NCBI GenBank assembly: GCA_951406725.2
Contig: OX597816.1
Location: 139,872,001-139,936,000, forward strand
Source of the DNA: Octopus vulgaris
Lineage: Eukaryota
DNA: 64,000 nt
Direction: 5' to 3'
The translations under genes were made by a program, and so were the position numbers. The notes beneath the pieces are model-generated. The model was not told the origin of the DNA and made no database searches. It saw nothing but the letters and a program-made list of their open reading frames with translations. How positions within the stretch are numbered: the stretch's first letter is position 1; the number at the start of each line of letters is the position of its first letter. Shown piece after piece: positions 25,860 through 39,334 of this stretch.

Positions 25860-26100
25860 TATTTTTGAGATTAGCTGCTGGGCAATTAAAAACCCGAAGC
25901 AATTTAGCACTCAGTATCATTAGAAATATCTCCAATGTATCCTCAGACAGAGATATCGTCAACATAGGTCTACTTCACTAAATGAGAATTTAAATGATAT
26001 TCAGCTTCTTCTTGCATCCGCTGGGAACAGAATTAAAAAGAAGAAAATCATTTGGTTTAATCCTCCGTCCAACTTTGATATCACCACGAATATAGCCTTG
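25860..26100 (+). pseudogene. Penelope-like element fragment (RT to GIY-YIG linker)
   Basis: RIKKKKIIWFNPPSNFDITTNI matches the IIWFNPP..N..TNI motif; ISNVSSDRDI lies upstream. Confidence 0.6.
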
Positions 26101-26116
26101 ATGTCACCACGAATTC

Positions 26117-26153
<37 letters not shown>

Positions 26154-27329
26154 GAAGGCATATATAAATAACGCGAGTTTTTTAAATGTCCATTAAAACT
26201 GAGTTGCTCTTTCTTGGGCATCACTTCCAATATTGACGTTATTAAAGAAAAAATGCATACACTCGTGTATCACATAGACTTCAGCCCTGCCAGCTAGCTG
26301 CCAAATCAAAGCAGCGAGCCACTAAAGACATTCTGCCTAACCAAGGCAGTTAATTTTAAGGCGATCCTCACTCCGCTTGATAATGTCTTAGATACTCCTC
26401 TACTTACAGCCAGTAAATGAATTCCTTCATGTCCAGGAAAATAAAAAATGCTACCTCAGTATACCACATTAAACTAAAACATTCTCACTCCTAGCTCATA
26501 TTGCAGCCACTAACAGAATTTCATAACAAGAGAGGTAATCTGCCATCAACGGAGATCTCTATTGGAATTTTTAAGTCAACAGAATAGAGTTACTTAAATT
26601 TTACTGAATTTTTAAAATTCAATGGTATTTATAATGAAAACAAGGGAAATTAGTCTCGACAGAGTTTGCCATTGCACCAAAGTTAATTCACATTCAGAAA
26701 CTTTCACCATTTGCAAAGATACTAATTCCATCATCTAGAGACGACAAGTCAATAATATCAAACTTTATTCATTATTCAATGCAAATTAACGTTATTTAAA
26801 AATCATCACTCAGTATTAAGAGCCCATTGATTAAAAACATATATTTATATCGTACTTCAAAGTGCCTGAAACATATATACTGTAGAAAATTTACATCTAT
26901 AACGCAGATGAATTATTTAATTCATTACGTGACCACTAATGTATTTTAAGTAAATTACAATAGAAATTGCGTGGAAGCCGGTCGTAAATGTGTGCTTGTT
27001 TATGTCCCACTACCGTTTGATAACCGTTGTTGGTTTGTTACATCCTCGTATATTAGCACTATTACCAAACTTCAAAATTAAATCCTAGAATCGATTTGTT
27101 CGACTAAAACACACGAACGTGCTGCCCCAGCAGGGGCCGCAATCCGATAAACGAAATAAGTTAAAGATAAAAGAAAAACGATACCAGAGTAATATCGCAG
27201 TGGCAAAAAGCACACTGTCAATATTCGCTATACCGCAACACAACACGACTTGTATAGCTCTACAGCTTTTGTTAATATTTCACGCGGATTTCAAGGCTTG
27301 AATTTTTCTTTATGACTTCAGGGCGATCA

Positions 27330-27710
27330 CTTAAAAGAAAAGAAGCGTGTGACTCTGTCTTTCTTGTCTGGTGCGTCGATAAAGAGATTTTGAGACGAGT
27401 ATAATTTTAGAAAGCAAACAGTTTTTAACATACAAATTCTTGCACTTCTTTCGAATATAACGCTGATGCAAATTACTAAATCATTATCTTTTGGCGTAAG
27501 AAAGCGCATGAGAGTTACAAAATATACAAATCTTGAGGCAGTGATTCGATTAAGTTAATCCATCAAGGATCTTGTGATAGCAACGTCTGATGTGTAGATT
27601 TCAAAGTTGGCTATGCATAAGGATATCAAGAAATTTTAAGTCAGTAAAGGGTGTTTAAGGCGATTTAGAAATACCAACGGAATTGATAATAAAATTTGTA
27701 GCTTTAAAGT
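27330..27710 (+). pseudogene. pogo/Tigger transposase (CENP-B HTH) remnant
   Basis: RKRMRVTKYTNLE and a frameshifted KVSKGCLRRFRNTNGI resemble the FKAS.GWL.RFK.R.GI motif. Confidence 0.5.
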
Positions 27711-27833
27711 GTATGGTGGAATAAAATATTCTCGATATTTAAACAAAGTGTATCGCTTGTTCTGCCTGTCAGTCTGTCTACCGATCTCACTCTTTTTTTT
27801 TTCTCGCTCTCCCCGCCTCTCTCTCTATATATA

Positions 27834-28031
27834 TTCTTTTATTCTTTACTTGTTTCAGTCATTTTACTGCGGCCATACTGGAGCACCGGCTTTAGTCGAG
27901 TAAATCGACGCCAGGACTTATTCTTTGTAAGCCTAGTACTTATTCTATCAGTTGCTTTTGCCGAACCGCTAAGTTACGAGGACATAAATACACCAGCATC
28001 GTTGTCAAGTGATGGTCGGAACACACACACG

Positions 28032-28111
<80 letters not shown>

Positions 28112-28460
28112 TATATATATATAGATCGCTAGCCACAACACATTCTTTATTTTCTCTCCATGCTTCTTTCTGTGTTTCTATCTGCGTTCCTTTCTGTGGA
28201 AGAGCGTAGGCTCGAAACGTTAAAGACTTTTTCACTTCCCGAGCATTAAACTAATGCATCTGTTTGTTGTGTACACCACCTGTCTTCGTCTTTTGTTTTT
28301 TTGTGAATTTTCCCTATATATATATATATACACGACGAGCTTCTTTCAGTTTCCGTCGAAGCTATAGTAGAAGACATTTGCCCAAGGCGTCATGCAATGG
28401 GGCTGAACCCGGAACCATGTGGATGGTAAGGAAGCTACTTACCACACAGCCACTCCTGCA
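27834..28460 (-). mobile_element. SINE A interrupted in its (TA)n tract by a hammerhead-bearing repeat
   Basis: 3' half at 27834-28020, 5' half at 28333-28460. Confidence 0.8.
28123..28315 (+). mobile_element. Short Penelope/retrozyme-like repeat with a minimal hammerhead motif (28190-28225)
   Basis: cttt-CTGtGGA-a-gagc-gtag-gctc-GAAACGTT-aaag, flanked by (TA)n. Its 3' part recurs at 53038-53097. Confidence 0.6.
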
Positions 28461-28559
28461 CCAAGACATAAATACATATATATGTGTGTGTATGAGCACA
28501 CGCCTGTATTTGTGTGTGCATGTGTACATGTGTGTGTGTGTGTGTGTGTGTGAGTATCT

Positions 28560-28980
28560 TTTTATCTTTTATCTTTTACTTGCTTCAGTCGATAGGCTGC
28601 GGTCATGCTGGGGCACCGCCTTGACGAAATTTTAGTTGAATGTGTCGACCTCAGTACTTATCTTTTAAAGTCTGAGACTTATTCTATCGTTCTTTTTTGG
28701 TGAACCGCTACGTTACAGAGACGTATACACACCAGCACCGGCAGTCAAGCAGTGATGGGAGGACAAACACAGATATAATGACACACAAATATATATATAT
28801 ATATATATATATACGACGGGCTTCAGGCTTCTTTCAGTTTCCGTCTACTAAATATATTCATTGGACTTTGGACACCCGAGATTATAACAGAAGACACCTG
28901 CCCAAGGTTCCACGCAGTGGAATTGCACCCGGAACCATGTGATTGAGAAGTAAGCTTTTTACTACAGTCACACCTACGCC
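28560..28980 (-). mobile_element. SINE A, diverged
   Basis: Recognisable tail, body and head blocks. Confidence 0.8.
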
Positions 28981-29029
28981 TATATGTATGTGTGCGTGTA
29001 TATATATATATATATATACAGACACACAC

Positions 29030-29091
<62 letters not shown>

Positions 29092-29577
29092 GCATACACA
29101 AATACACGCGTATATACATATATGTATGAATAAACTAATAATATATATCGTGATTTTGTTAAATTTTTGAAATACACATACATATAGTAAGAAAGGAAAA
29201 GTAGATAGATAGATAGATAGATTAGCACCAGACGTCTGTGTGTAATGTGATGAGATGTAATACAAAAGCCGATGCCAAACTATAACAGATATTTCACAAT
29301 AGATTCCTTTCATTTTTCTGTCCATGTCTAGATTAAGTCCACAAAATGACGCCTCAATTAATAGCAAATGACAGTTCTTTCCGTTCGTTAGATCTTTCAC
29401 GCCTTCTAATGATTTTCGAACCACAGACATGTTTCATTCAGGAGATTCTTAGTTAATTATGAATGGTTTTCTCATTGATTAACTCATTAGAGTAGCTAAC
29501 ATGTATAGATGTGTAGACATGTATTAAAGTTGGCATATAATTGTAAGAAAAAAAACTACATACGTGTGTGTTTGTGT

Positions 29578-29979
<402 letters not shown>

Positions 29980-30348
29980 TTACAAGAGTGTACACACACA
30001 CACACACACATGCATATTTATATATATACAAAGAAGACAAAGAGTGAATAAAAACGGTAAAAAATGGAAAGAAACAAAATTTTATAATTACACCCTCTTT
30101 GACCATAGAAATCATTATTAATCAAGCTACTGTAGAATAATTCAACATTTAGGAGTTCAAAGTTTGAAAGATAACTGCACAATCTGATGAGGGTGGTATT
30201 CTCTAGTTCGACAAAAAAAAATTACCCATGTGCTTGCATTTACTGAAAATTTCGGATCTGAAATTAAGTAGTGTGGTGGAATTCTTCGCTCTAAAAAGAA
30301 TGTGCGATCTTTCAGCTACGCATAAGTTGCATCTCTTTGATCTATTTA

Positions 30349-30988
30349 CGAGGGCAAGTCAAAAATTATCCGCACTTACACCATGACATTTTTATTATTG
30401 TCACACAGACTTCTGCGCATGCGTGCTTATAGTTAGTACTTTTGTGATCATGTTATCGAATTTCGAGCCTGATCGCGCCATTTTTCTTTCTGACTTTACC
30501 GTGTAAGCATAGCCGCTCCACAAGCAATGCGTACCAAATAAGAACAAAGAGTAGTGATCTGATTTCTCTGGTCGGAATGTGTCAGGTGTTGAAATTCATC
30601 AGTGGCTTTTAGTGCAATATTGGGTCAGTGAACAACCGCGAAGAAACGTGTATGAGTGGATCAAGAGGTTTAAAAGTGGCCAGACAAGCCTGACGCACGA
30701 AGAGGGGGCAGGACTACTGGCAAAAAGATTCAGCAAGCTCGAGAGATGGTAATGGTGAACCGGTTCACCATTACCATCTCTCAGATCACTGCTCTTTGTT
30801 CTTCTTTGGTGTTCATTGCTAGTGGAGAGGCCATGCTTACATTGTAAAGCCAGAAAGTAAAATGGCGTGATCAAGCTCAAACTTCGACCATAATAGTACC
30901 AACTATAAACATGCATGCGCAGAATACAGTGGGACAATAATAAAGATACGTTATGGCGTAAGTGTGGATAATTTTTGATTTTCCCTCA
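30349..30988 (+). mobile_element. Internally deleted mariner with about 90-bp TIRs
   Basis: TA|cgagggcaagtcaaaaattatccgcacttac ... gtaagtgtggataatttttgattttccctca|TA. Internal EQRVVI.FLWSE and RNVYEWIKRFKSGQTSLTHEE (mariner HTH). Confidence 0.88.
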
Positions 30989-31131
30989 TACATATAACAT
31001 AAGTTTTCCACGATCCTACTTGACTGTATGTGATGTGCAACTGTTCTTCAGATCCCATACATGGCTATCCAACATATTGGCTTTATTTTCGTTGATGTGA
31101 CGAAAAGACTATCCAAATCACCAATCTTCTT

Positions 31132-31313
<182 letters not shown>

Positions 31314-31699
31314 GCGGACGAATGGATGGCTAATTTGCAGGAGTAAGGAAAGCACGGTTTTTGGTAGGCATTGGAGAATGTTGTAAGGAGGAAATATAGA
31401 AACCATAAATTATGGGTTGTCATGAGACCAGAAACTTTTGTCGGAATGTTGGCCAAGGTCTCTGCTTTGTTAAAGATACCCATCTATGCCTTGTGCTTGC
31501 ATTTAGAGTTGGATTAAATGAACTACTGGAGAACATCCTTATTATTTCCGTCAATCGAATCTCATTTTATTTTATATCAATATACGTAGATGTAAGTATG
31601 AAATTATGAAAGAATAGACTATTTTGTTTTCTGTACTAAATTCCAGAGAAACGGCATCTTAAAAGATGTTGACTTGAACAGTACACTGGAAAAAGTTGA

Positions 31700-32130
31700 A
31701 GTGTAAAATTCCCAGACAAGTAAAGGAGCCTCTTTTCTATCCTTTATTATCTGTATTTGTTCAAGTCGAACCCTCAGTAAATCTGACATAATTACTTGAA
31801 CAGCATGACAGAAGACATATTGTTTCAAGTAAAATATTTTTACATTCAGTTTTTACCTCTCTGTATAGAAAAAAGCTACGCACTGATTCTTATTTAAAAT
31901 ACTGTACAGCCCATGACTAGCAAATATCTTGAATACTGTGGACAGCCAGTTCGAGGACGAACTGCAACTGTTAGTGTTGAGAGATTCTTTAGACAACCAG
32001 CTACGAAATTCAATATAACAAGAACAGTATGGCCAACAAAACGAATCAATCACTAGGTAAAAAAAAAAAAAAGTACTAATGGAAAGATCAAACAACTGGT
32101 GTTACCTGACGCGAGAAGAACAACTTTCCG
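31700..32130 (+). pseudogene. Old hAT transposase C-terminal remnant
   Basis: ATVSVERFFR...RTVW/NSM near 31965-32060 resembles the hAT dimerisation motif (ERSFS). Boundaries uncertain. Confidence 0.4.
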
Positions 32131-32324
32131 TGATATTTCAAGTGGGACAGACAAAACCCTTTCGATCAACGTATTTTCTATAAAATGTTCTCTCTTTTTT
32201 TTTTTTTTTTTGAGGTAGATTGCTATTGCAGTGGCTTCATCAGGATTTGCTGTAACTTTGCTCACTCTACTTTTAAGCTTCCACTCAACTTTACATATAA
32301 TGACAGCACTACTTTGTTTCAAAT

Positions 32325-32815
32325 TTTGGTTTCAAATTTTGGCACAATGCCAGCAATTTCGGGGAAGTCGATTACATCGACTCCAGTTCTAAACTAGTAC
32401 TTATTTTATCGACCCCGAAACGATGGAAAAGAAAGTCGACCGAATTTGAATTCAGAACGTGAAGACGTACGAAATGCTGCAAAGCATTTTGCCCGATGTT
32501 GAAACGATTCTGTCTGCGCTGTCAGAACGTACAGATCGATGAACTTGCCGCTAAGCATTTTGCCCGGCGTACTAACGGCTCTGCCTGCTCGCCACCTTTT
32601 AAATATTGGTTTCAAATTTTGGGCACAGCAATTTCGAGGGTGGGTTTAAGTCGATTACATCGACTCCAGTGCTTAAACTGGTACCTTCTTTATCGACGAT
32701 GAAAAGATAGAAGACGAAGTCGACCTCGGCAGAATTTGAACTCCGAAAGTATAGACGGACGAAATGCTACAAAGCATTTTACCCGGCGTGCTAATGATTC
32801 TGTTAGCTTGCCGCC
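32325..32815 (-). mobile_element. Tandem SINE B copies
   Basis: Two to three units with aatttgaa(c/t)tc, aagcattttgcccgg and tail ggtttcaaattttgg. Confidence 0.8.
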
Positions 32816-32830
32816 TTACAACCCTATCTA

Positions 32831-33255
32831 GGATGTTTTCGGTTTGAACGGCAGTTTTTCTAGCGGTGTCATATGAAATTGTCACCCATAATTATGATCC
32901 TAGTATCGATCTATTGCATTTCAATCTGTTTTAGGGCTAGGGTTAGGGTTAGGGGTGGGGAGAAGGGTATCTTTTTTTTCTTCAGAAATGTAAATAAACC
33001 CAATATGTTTCTTAAACGAGGGACATATTCATACGGCACAGAATGTTTTTTTACCTCAATAGACGTCAGTGATTGGTTGAAATCGCAGAAATTGAAGAAA
33101 AACAACAACAAATATCTTACAAACCATAGAATTTTCTCAATAAAGCCAAGTAAAAAAGATGTTTTATAAACACATTCTACCAGTATACGAAGTTTAAAAG
33201 TGTTTAGTTACGTGGAAATTATTTAAAATAACTGCCGTTCAAACCGAAAAGATCC
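32831..33255. mobile_element. MITE with GG-initiated TIR and 8-bp TSD (Merlin-like), containing TTAGGG repeats
   Basis: TIR ggatgttttcggtttgaacggcagtt / aactgccgttcaaaccgaaaagatcc. TSD cctatcta / cctgtcta. Confidence 0.8.
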
Positions 33256-34159
33256 CCTGTCTATAATAGTAACAAAGAATTTGCATTGGTTGAAGTTCCG
33301 AAGCAGACCAAGATAAAAATATAAGATGAAGACAGAATTTTCTGACTTATATTTGACGTTCTCGGATGCACAAAATCTCACAAGTAACATTACAGGTAGA
33401 GTTATTGTCTTGCCCTCTGGTTACCTCAGGTAAAACTGTCACTCACTCCAAAGAGTACTTCTGCTGATGACACCCATATTTGAAGACAAGCGGATAATTT
33501 TATCTTCCTACCATCAAAAGTGTTGCACTTAATAGAGCTGCTGTTTTCGCAACCCAGTTGTTTTACTGAAATTGGTCAACGACCAGCAACCATTGATTGA
33601 CACTGACAATGGTGATGTCAAATACAAAAAAAAAAAACCCAAAAAAACTAAAGAACAGCCATCGACACATCTCATATATTCATAGGTATATGAGCCTAAT
33701 TCGAGTTCGTATATAGTGAGGAAAATCCGAACAAAGCAAGAAGAAAAAAATCGTACAAAGAAAGTAAAAATATTAACTAGCAATGATGCTAATTAATGGT
33801 CACACATAAGCATGTGTAAAATCTATGTATGTATGTATACACACACATACACATACACACACACAAACACACACGCACGCACGCACACACATGCACACAT
33901 TTATTTAGACAGTAGAACGATTGCTTGACAACACAGCTGCCTCGTTATAATGTTTAGAACAAGTGGGTACCTATGAAAAATTCACAAGTGATAGATGTTC
34001 ATTTTTGTGAGGAGATACATCAAAGTCAATTAACCGCTATGCCTATGTATTTCACTGAAAAACTGACAGGTCGCTTTACTATCTGAACGTATACATATAT
34101 TTTGGGGTGGGTGGCAGAAGGAGACACAAACTGCTATTTATTATATTAGACATACATGC

Positions 34160-34339
34160 CTGCGTGGTTCGGAGGCTCGCTTTACAAGCACGTGGTTTTG
34201 GGTTCAGTCCTACTGCAGGGCACCTTGGGCGAGTGTCTTTTACCTAATATAGCTCCGGGGCGACCAATGCCTTGTGACTGAATTTGGTTGACAGAAACTG
34301 TGGAAGACTGTCGTATACACACACACACACACACACGCA

Positions 34340-34372
<33 letters not shown>

Positions 34373-34500
34373 TGATAGATAGATGAAAGATATAAATGTA
34401 TGCGTGTTGTTTGGGTTTGGGTTTGTCCCCCACAAGCTAAGGAGACAGTCTCTTCTGCCTGTTCCTGCATGACCGCTGTTCAATGAATAAAATAAGTAAA
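34160..34500 (+). mobile_element. SINE A, diverged
   Basis: ggttcagtcctactgcagggcaccttgggcgagtgtctt ... aagtaaaagagtaaaag. Confidence 0.75.
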
Positions 34501-35059
34501 AGAGTAAAAGTATACATAAATATGAAACCATCCATCACTCCTCATTAACTTACCACTTGCAACATAAGCATCTAACTTCAAGCATAAAATAACTCCACGA
34601 CGAAAACTGTGTAGTGCAGTTCTGGCCGTGTTATTTTTTTAGCCTTCCCACGCCTTCCTTCTTTAAGATGGAAGATTATGGCTCGAGAAAAATTTAGCAG
34701 CTATTTCTGGCGATACGAACACCCACGTAGAGGCCGTCTCATTTCATCGTCTGGACTAAGTAAATACTTTCTGGGGTCGTCAGAGAGGTCATCAGAGATT
34801 ATAAAGGATACTGTCTATACGCAGTATGTAAGAAGTATATAAGATATAGTTGTATTTGGAATGTGTATGTATATATGTGTATGAGTATGTGTATGTGTAT
34901 AGTGTGTGTATATGTGTGTATGTGCGTATGCGCATGTTGGGTTTGATCACTGACGACCCTTACAGAACATAAATGTTGGCGCTAAATGATAGCACATTGT
35001 CACGTTCTAAGGTGTGATGTGAGATGCAGGAACACTAAAATGAGTTGTGATAAATAAAG

Positions 35060-35275
35060 CAGTATGGCCAACTAGAAAACTTGTACTTAGTCACTTGACC
35101 TGCTGACTGTAGCAGTAGGGTTGTTTGAGACCACACCCTACTGTCTTAAAAACGAAAGATAGCTATTTTGGATCATACATTCCAAGGATATACTGTCTAG
35201 AAAAAGTTATGAAAGGAATCAGGCAGAACGTTTATGCTACTGGATCATAGGTGAGACCCAAGGCGAAACAAGAAC
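35060..35275 (+). mobile_element. Old dispersed repeat family D (SINE-like)
   Basis: gtcacttgacctgc...cacaccctactgtcttaaaa...gatcatag blocks recur at about 47670-47735, 55340-55530, 57035-57110 and 58235-58410, and inverted at about 10000-10095, 34640-34740 and 40405-40480. Confidence 0.5.
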
Positions 35276-35292
35276 TATTTACTATATAGCTT

Positions 35293-35713
35293 TTTTACTC
35301 TTTCTCTTTTTACTCTTTTACTTGTTTCAGTCATTTGACTGCGGCCATGCTGGAGCACCGCCTTTAGTCGAGCAAATCGACCCCAGGACTTATTCTTTGT
35401 AAGCCCAGTACTTATTCTATCGGTCTCTTTTACCGAACCGCTAAGTGACGGGGACGTAAACACACCAGCATCGGTTGTCAAGCAATGCTAGGGGAACAAA
35501 CACAGACACACAAACATATTCACACACACTTATATATATATACATATATACGACAGGCTTCTTTCAGTTTCCGTCTACCAAATCCACTCACAAGGCTTTG
35601 GTCGGCCCGGGGCTATAGCAGAAGACACTTGCCCAAGATGCCACGCAGTGGGACTGAACCCGGAACCATGTGGTTGGTTAGCAAGCTACTTACCAAACAG
35701 CCACTCCTGCGCC
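35293..35713 (-). mobile_element. SINE A, full length, young
   Basis: Nearly identical to the copies at 39335, 45260 and 56584. Confidence 0.92.
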
Positions 35714-36349
35714 TAAATACATTTTTCTCTTTTTACTTGCACGATGCAGAACTATCCTCCATTTGACTTATTCACCAATTCTTGTAAACAGCTCTTCAAC
35801 GTTACTTAGCAATCAAGCTAAAAAATTATTTGGTGATTCACTGTTATGGGGACATTCCGATATAGTTATTATACTCGAATCAGCTGTCCAGTAAAAATCA
35901 TTTATCAACCAGCTCGGTACGACACAAGATGTTAACCTTTCTGACGTCTTTAACACCATTGAGTCAGACAAATCCGAGCGATCTCGGACCAGATGACTCT
36001 TCAACAAGCTAATAAGCGCCTCTACATAGATTCAAACTCAGTTAAATCTCCTTCTAACTCTACCATGTCGTGCTATAAACTGGTACATTGGACAATGTAG
36101 TACGAGACCCATTATTCCTGAATATCTTGTGTGCCTTTCATATAGGCCTGCTCTTGACCCTTTGCTGTCCTGTGCATCACATGTAATGCACAGGACGTCT
36201 ATGCACCGAATATGTTGTACGTTCCCAACTTCTTTTTCAGCGACCAGAAGAACTCTGGACTTATGAAATGAAAGCTTTATTACTCAGGATGCGTAAAACA
36301 AGGGTTGACCGAAAGCCTGAAAACAATCACGGACCTTTTTTGTTTTCTT

Positions 36350-36538
36350 TCTTTTTTCGTCTGCTTCAGTCATTAGACTGCGGCCATGCTGGGGCACCAC
36401 TTTGAAGAATTTTTAGTCGAATGAATCGATCCCATTGCATTTTTCTATCGGTCTATTTTGTCGAATTTCTAGGTTACGAGGACGTAAACATACCAACACC
36501 GGTTGTCAAGCAGTGGTGTGAGACAAACAGTCACAAAG

Positions 36539-36599
<61 letters not shown>

Positions 36600-36935
36600 C
36601 ATATATACGATAGGCTTCTTTAAATCTCCGCCTACCAAATCTACTCACAAGGCTTTGGTCGACCCGAACCACTTGTTCAAAATGCCATGCCGTGGTACTG
36701 AACCCAGAACCATGTGGTTGGGAAGCGAACGTCTTACAACACAGCCAGGATAAACTCATGAAAATATGGAGTGACAAAGGTGAACTGGCAGTGTTTAGTT
36801 ACGAACCTTTAAATTCTGATTTCAAATCCTGCCGATGTTAACTTTATCATCCTTCCAGGGTTGATAAATAAAGTACCAGCCAAATAGTGATGGTGGCATA
36901 ACTGATTTTGTACTCCCCCAAAATGTCTGCCCTAT
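36350..36935. mobile_element. Diverged SINE A (-) followed by diverged SINE B (+)
   Basis: A at 36350-36750; B at 36780-36935 (atcatccttccagggttgataaataaagtaccag). Confidence 0.7.
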
Positions 36936-37264
36936 GTATGAAACTGCCTTATCAGGGTCTACGTGAGGTTAAAAAGCAGTTACCCTTCACTATATTGTCT
37001 ACATTCTTTGTATGACATTGAACGTTGAGACCGATCTGGGAACCACAGTAAAATACATATCATCGAGGTTATCTGGTCCCTTGGGATATTTTCACTACTG
37101 AGAACCACAAACGTTGTTTACAATTTCAGATAGTAATTCTGTTGTTTGGAACTATCGTTGATAGATCGGATGGTGCTGAAATATGGATGTACGGTTGTGC
37201 TGAGTTAAAAGCAGTCGGGAAGAGAGAAGTGAGAGATGGAAAAAAATGACACAAATGAGCGGCA

Positions 37265-37523
37265 TCAGAGAGATAAGAGAACGAGAGGAGGAGAGAGAAG
37301 ATAGAGAGAGAGAGAGAGCGCGGGAGATAGAGAGAAGAGAGAGAGAGAAGATAGATTGAGAGGGGGAGAGAAGGGAGGGATAAAAAAAGAGAATATAGTA
37401 AGAGAGAATTGGATAGACAGAGAGTTTAGGAGCGAGATAAAAAGAGAACTTTCAGGAAATGGTGAGGGGTATATAAACACATTCAGAGAAATACAGTTAC
37501 GGTAAGAAAGAAAAAGAAAGACC

Positions 37524-37565
<42 letters not shown>

Positions 37566-37720
37566 AGATAGAGAGGCACACAGAGAAGAAAGAGAGAATG
37601 AAAGAGAAATAAAACACTGTCGAAGTGAGAAAAAGGAAATAGATAATAAGAGATAGAGATAAAATTGCAGAAAGGGAAAGTGAAAAGAAATCAATAATGA
37701 AGGAAAGAAGGAAAGAAGGA

Positions 37721-37759
<39 letters not shown>

Positions 37760-38101
37760 GAAAGAAGGAAGAAAGAAAGAAAGAAAAAAAGAAAGGAAGG
37801 AAGAAAGAAAGAATGAAAGAAAGAAAGACGAAAGAAAGAGAAAAAGAGAGAATGGGAAAGAGAGAGAAAAGAAAAGAAGGACGAAAGAAAGAAAGAAAGA
37901 AAGAAAGGAAGGAAGGAAAGAAGGAAGGAAGGAAGGAAGGAGAAAAAGTAAGAAAGAAAGAAAAAAGAAAGAAAGAGAAAAAGAAAGACATGAAGAAAGA
38001 AAAAGAAAGAAATGAAGGGTGGAAGAAGGAAAGAAAGAAAGAAAGACAGAAGAAAGAAAGAGAGAAAAAAGAAAGAAAAGAGAAAGAAAGAAATGAAGGA
38101 C

Positions 38102-38139
<38 letters not shown>

Positions 38140-38222
38140 ATGAAAAACGGAAGAAAGAAAGAAAAAAGAAAGAAAGAATAAATGAATGAATGAATGAATG
38201 AATGAATGAATGAATGAATGAA
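37265..38222. repeat. Polypurine (GA)n/(GAAA)n/(GGAA)n tract ending in (GAAT)n
   Basis: About 950 bp, strongly purine-biased on + strand. Confidence 0.95.
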
Positions 38223-38739
38223 AAGGGTAAAGCGGGAGTTAACGAAACAGGTAGACAGACATACAGATGCAGAGGATAAATGAGAAAAGATAAGGGGATA
38301 AAAGAAATAGAAACCTTAGAGGCAAAAGAAGTTGTGGAATTTATGCTTTTACGTAGAATATTAGCGACATTGCAAAACATGGAAAATGAGAAAGTGAAAC
38401 TTGTAAAACAGAGCAGAGAAGTTACATGGTTATGGATATCGCGAATCTTTCCTGTCACTCAATGCCACAGTCGAAGTTTGATTTGAAAATGAACGCAAGC
38501 ATCGCTGTACAGTTAAGCAGTTTGGGGCACAAGCAAGCAAGAGGCTGTGGGTCTGATTCTGTTGCTCAGCTCAATGAGCATGTGTCTTCTGTGATAGCTT
38601 CGGGTTGTATAATATCTTGTGAGTGGAATTTCGTAGACGGACAATAGGCGCAAACTCGTTGTATACGTGTGTGTGCGGAAAAATCTCACCATATACTCAG
38701 CTCTCTGCAATGAAAGATGCTGATTCTATAGAGGAAGAT

Positions 38740-39140
38740 GTTACACCACATATGCAAGGCTTAGGCAACGCTTAAATATCTCAGCATACGGAACATCTTC
38801 CGTGAAATGGTTAAATCTGTGCTGTTTAGTGAATTTTCTTTCTGGACACTAACAAATCCCTGAGATTATGCTGCGTGAAAACTACTGTTAGATGGTCTGT
38901 ATGTACCGATTCTATTGAGCTGGGGAAAGAACACTTCGCCGAAGGAAGTTTACAGAATAAGTTTCCTAATGTACCTGACACCATTAGAGAAAGGCGAGTT
39001 CGCTTTGCTTGACATTGTTGTGGAAGGAGGAGCTGGTTATCTTGGACATGTCTGTCAAGACAGTCGCTATTGCACTGGTTGCCAAGCAAACACATGTGGC
39101 AATCATTTAACAGATGATACTGGATACCATCGAAAGGAAC
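38740..39140 (+). pseudogene. RTE-like LINE C-terminal remnant
   Basis: WTLT...PNVPDTIRERRVRFA*HC...L.DDTG resembles the RTE IRERRLRFAGHC region. Confidence 0.55.
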
Positions 39141-39152
39141 TGTAAATATATA

Positions 39153-39254
39153 TACTGTAATCCCTCGACTATTGCGGGTGTTACGTTCCAAAGCTTAAAT
39201 AATAAACCGCGATTGGTGAACCGGGATAGGTAAAACACGACATAGCGAGGGATT

Positions 39255-39257
<3 letters not shown>
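39153..39257. mobile_element. Short Tigger/pogo-like MITE
   Basis: gtaatccctcg-actat ... atagcgagggatta; same left end as the element at 41944. Confidence 0.7.
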
Positions 39258-39320
<63 letters not shown>

Positions 39321-39334
39321 TATATATATATATA

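Noticed and set aside
32931-32960. TTAGGG repeats as a true telomere or chromosome-fusion scar
   Set aside because: Only 3-4 units, and they lie inside a TIR/TSD-bounded MITE.
37497-38458. ORFs of 122-255 aa rich in F/S/L or K/E/R
   Set aside because: Artefacts of the polypurine tract.
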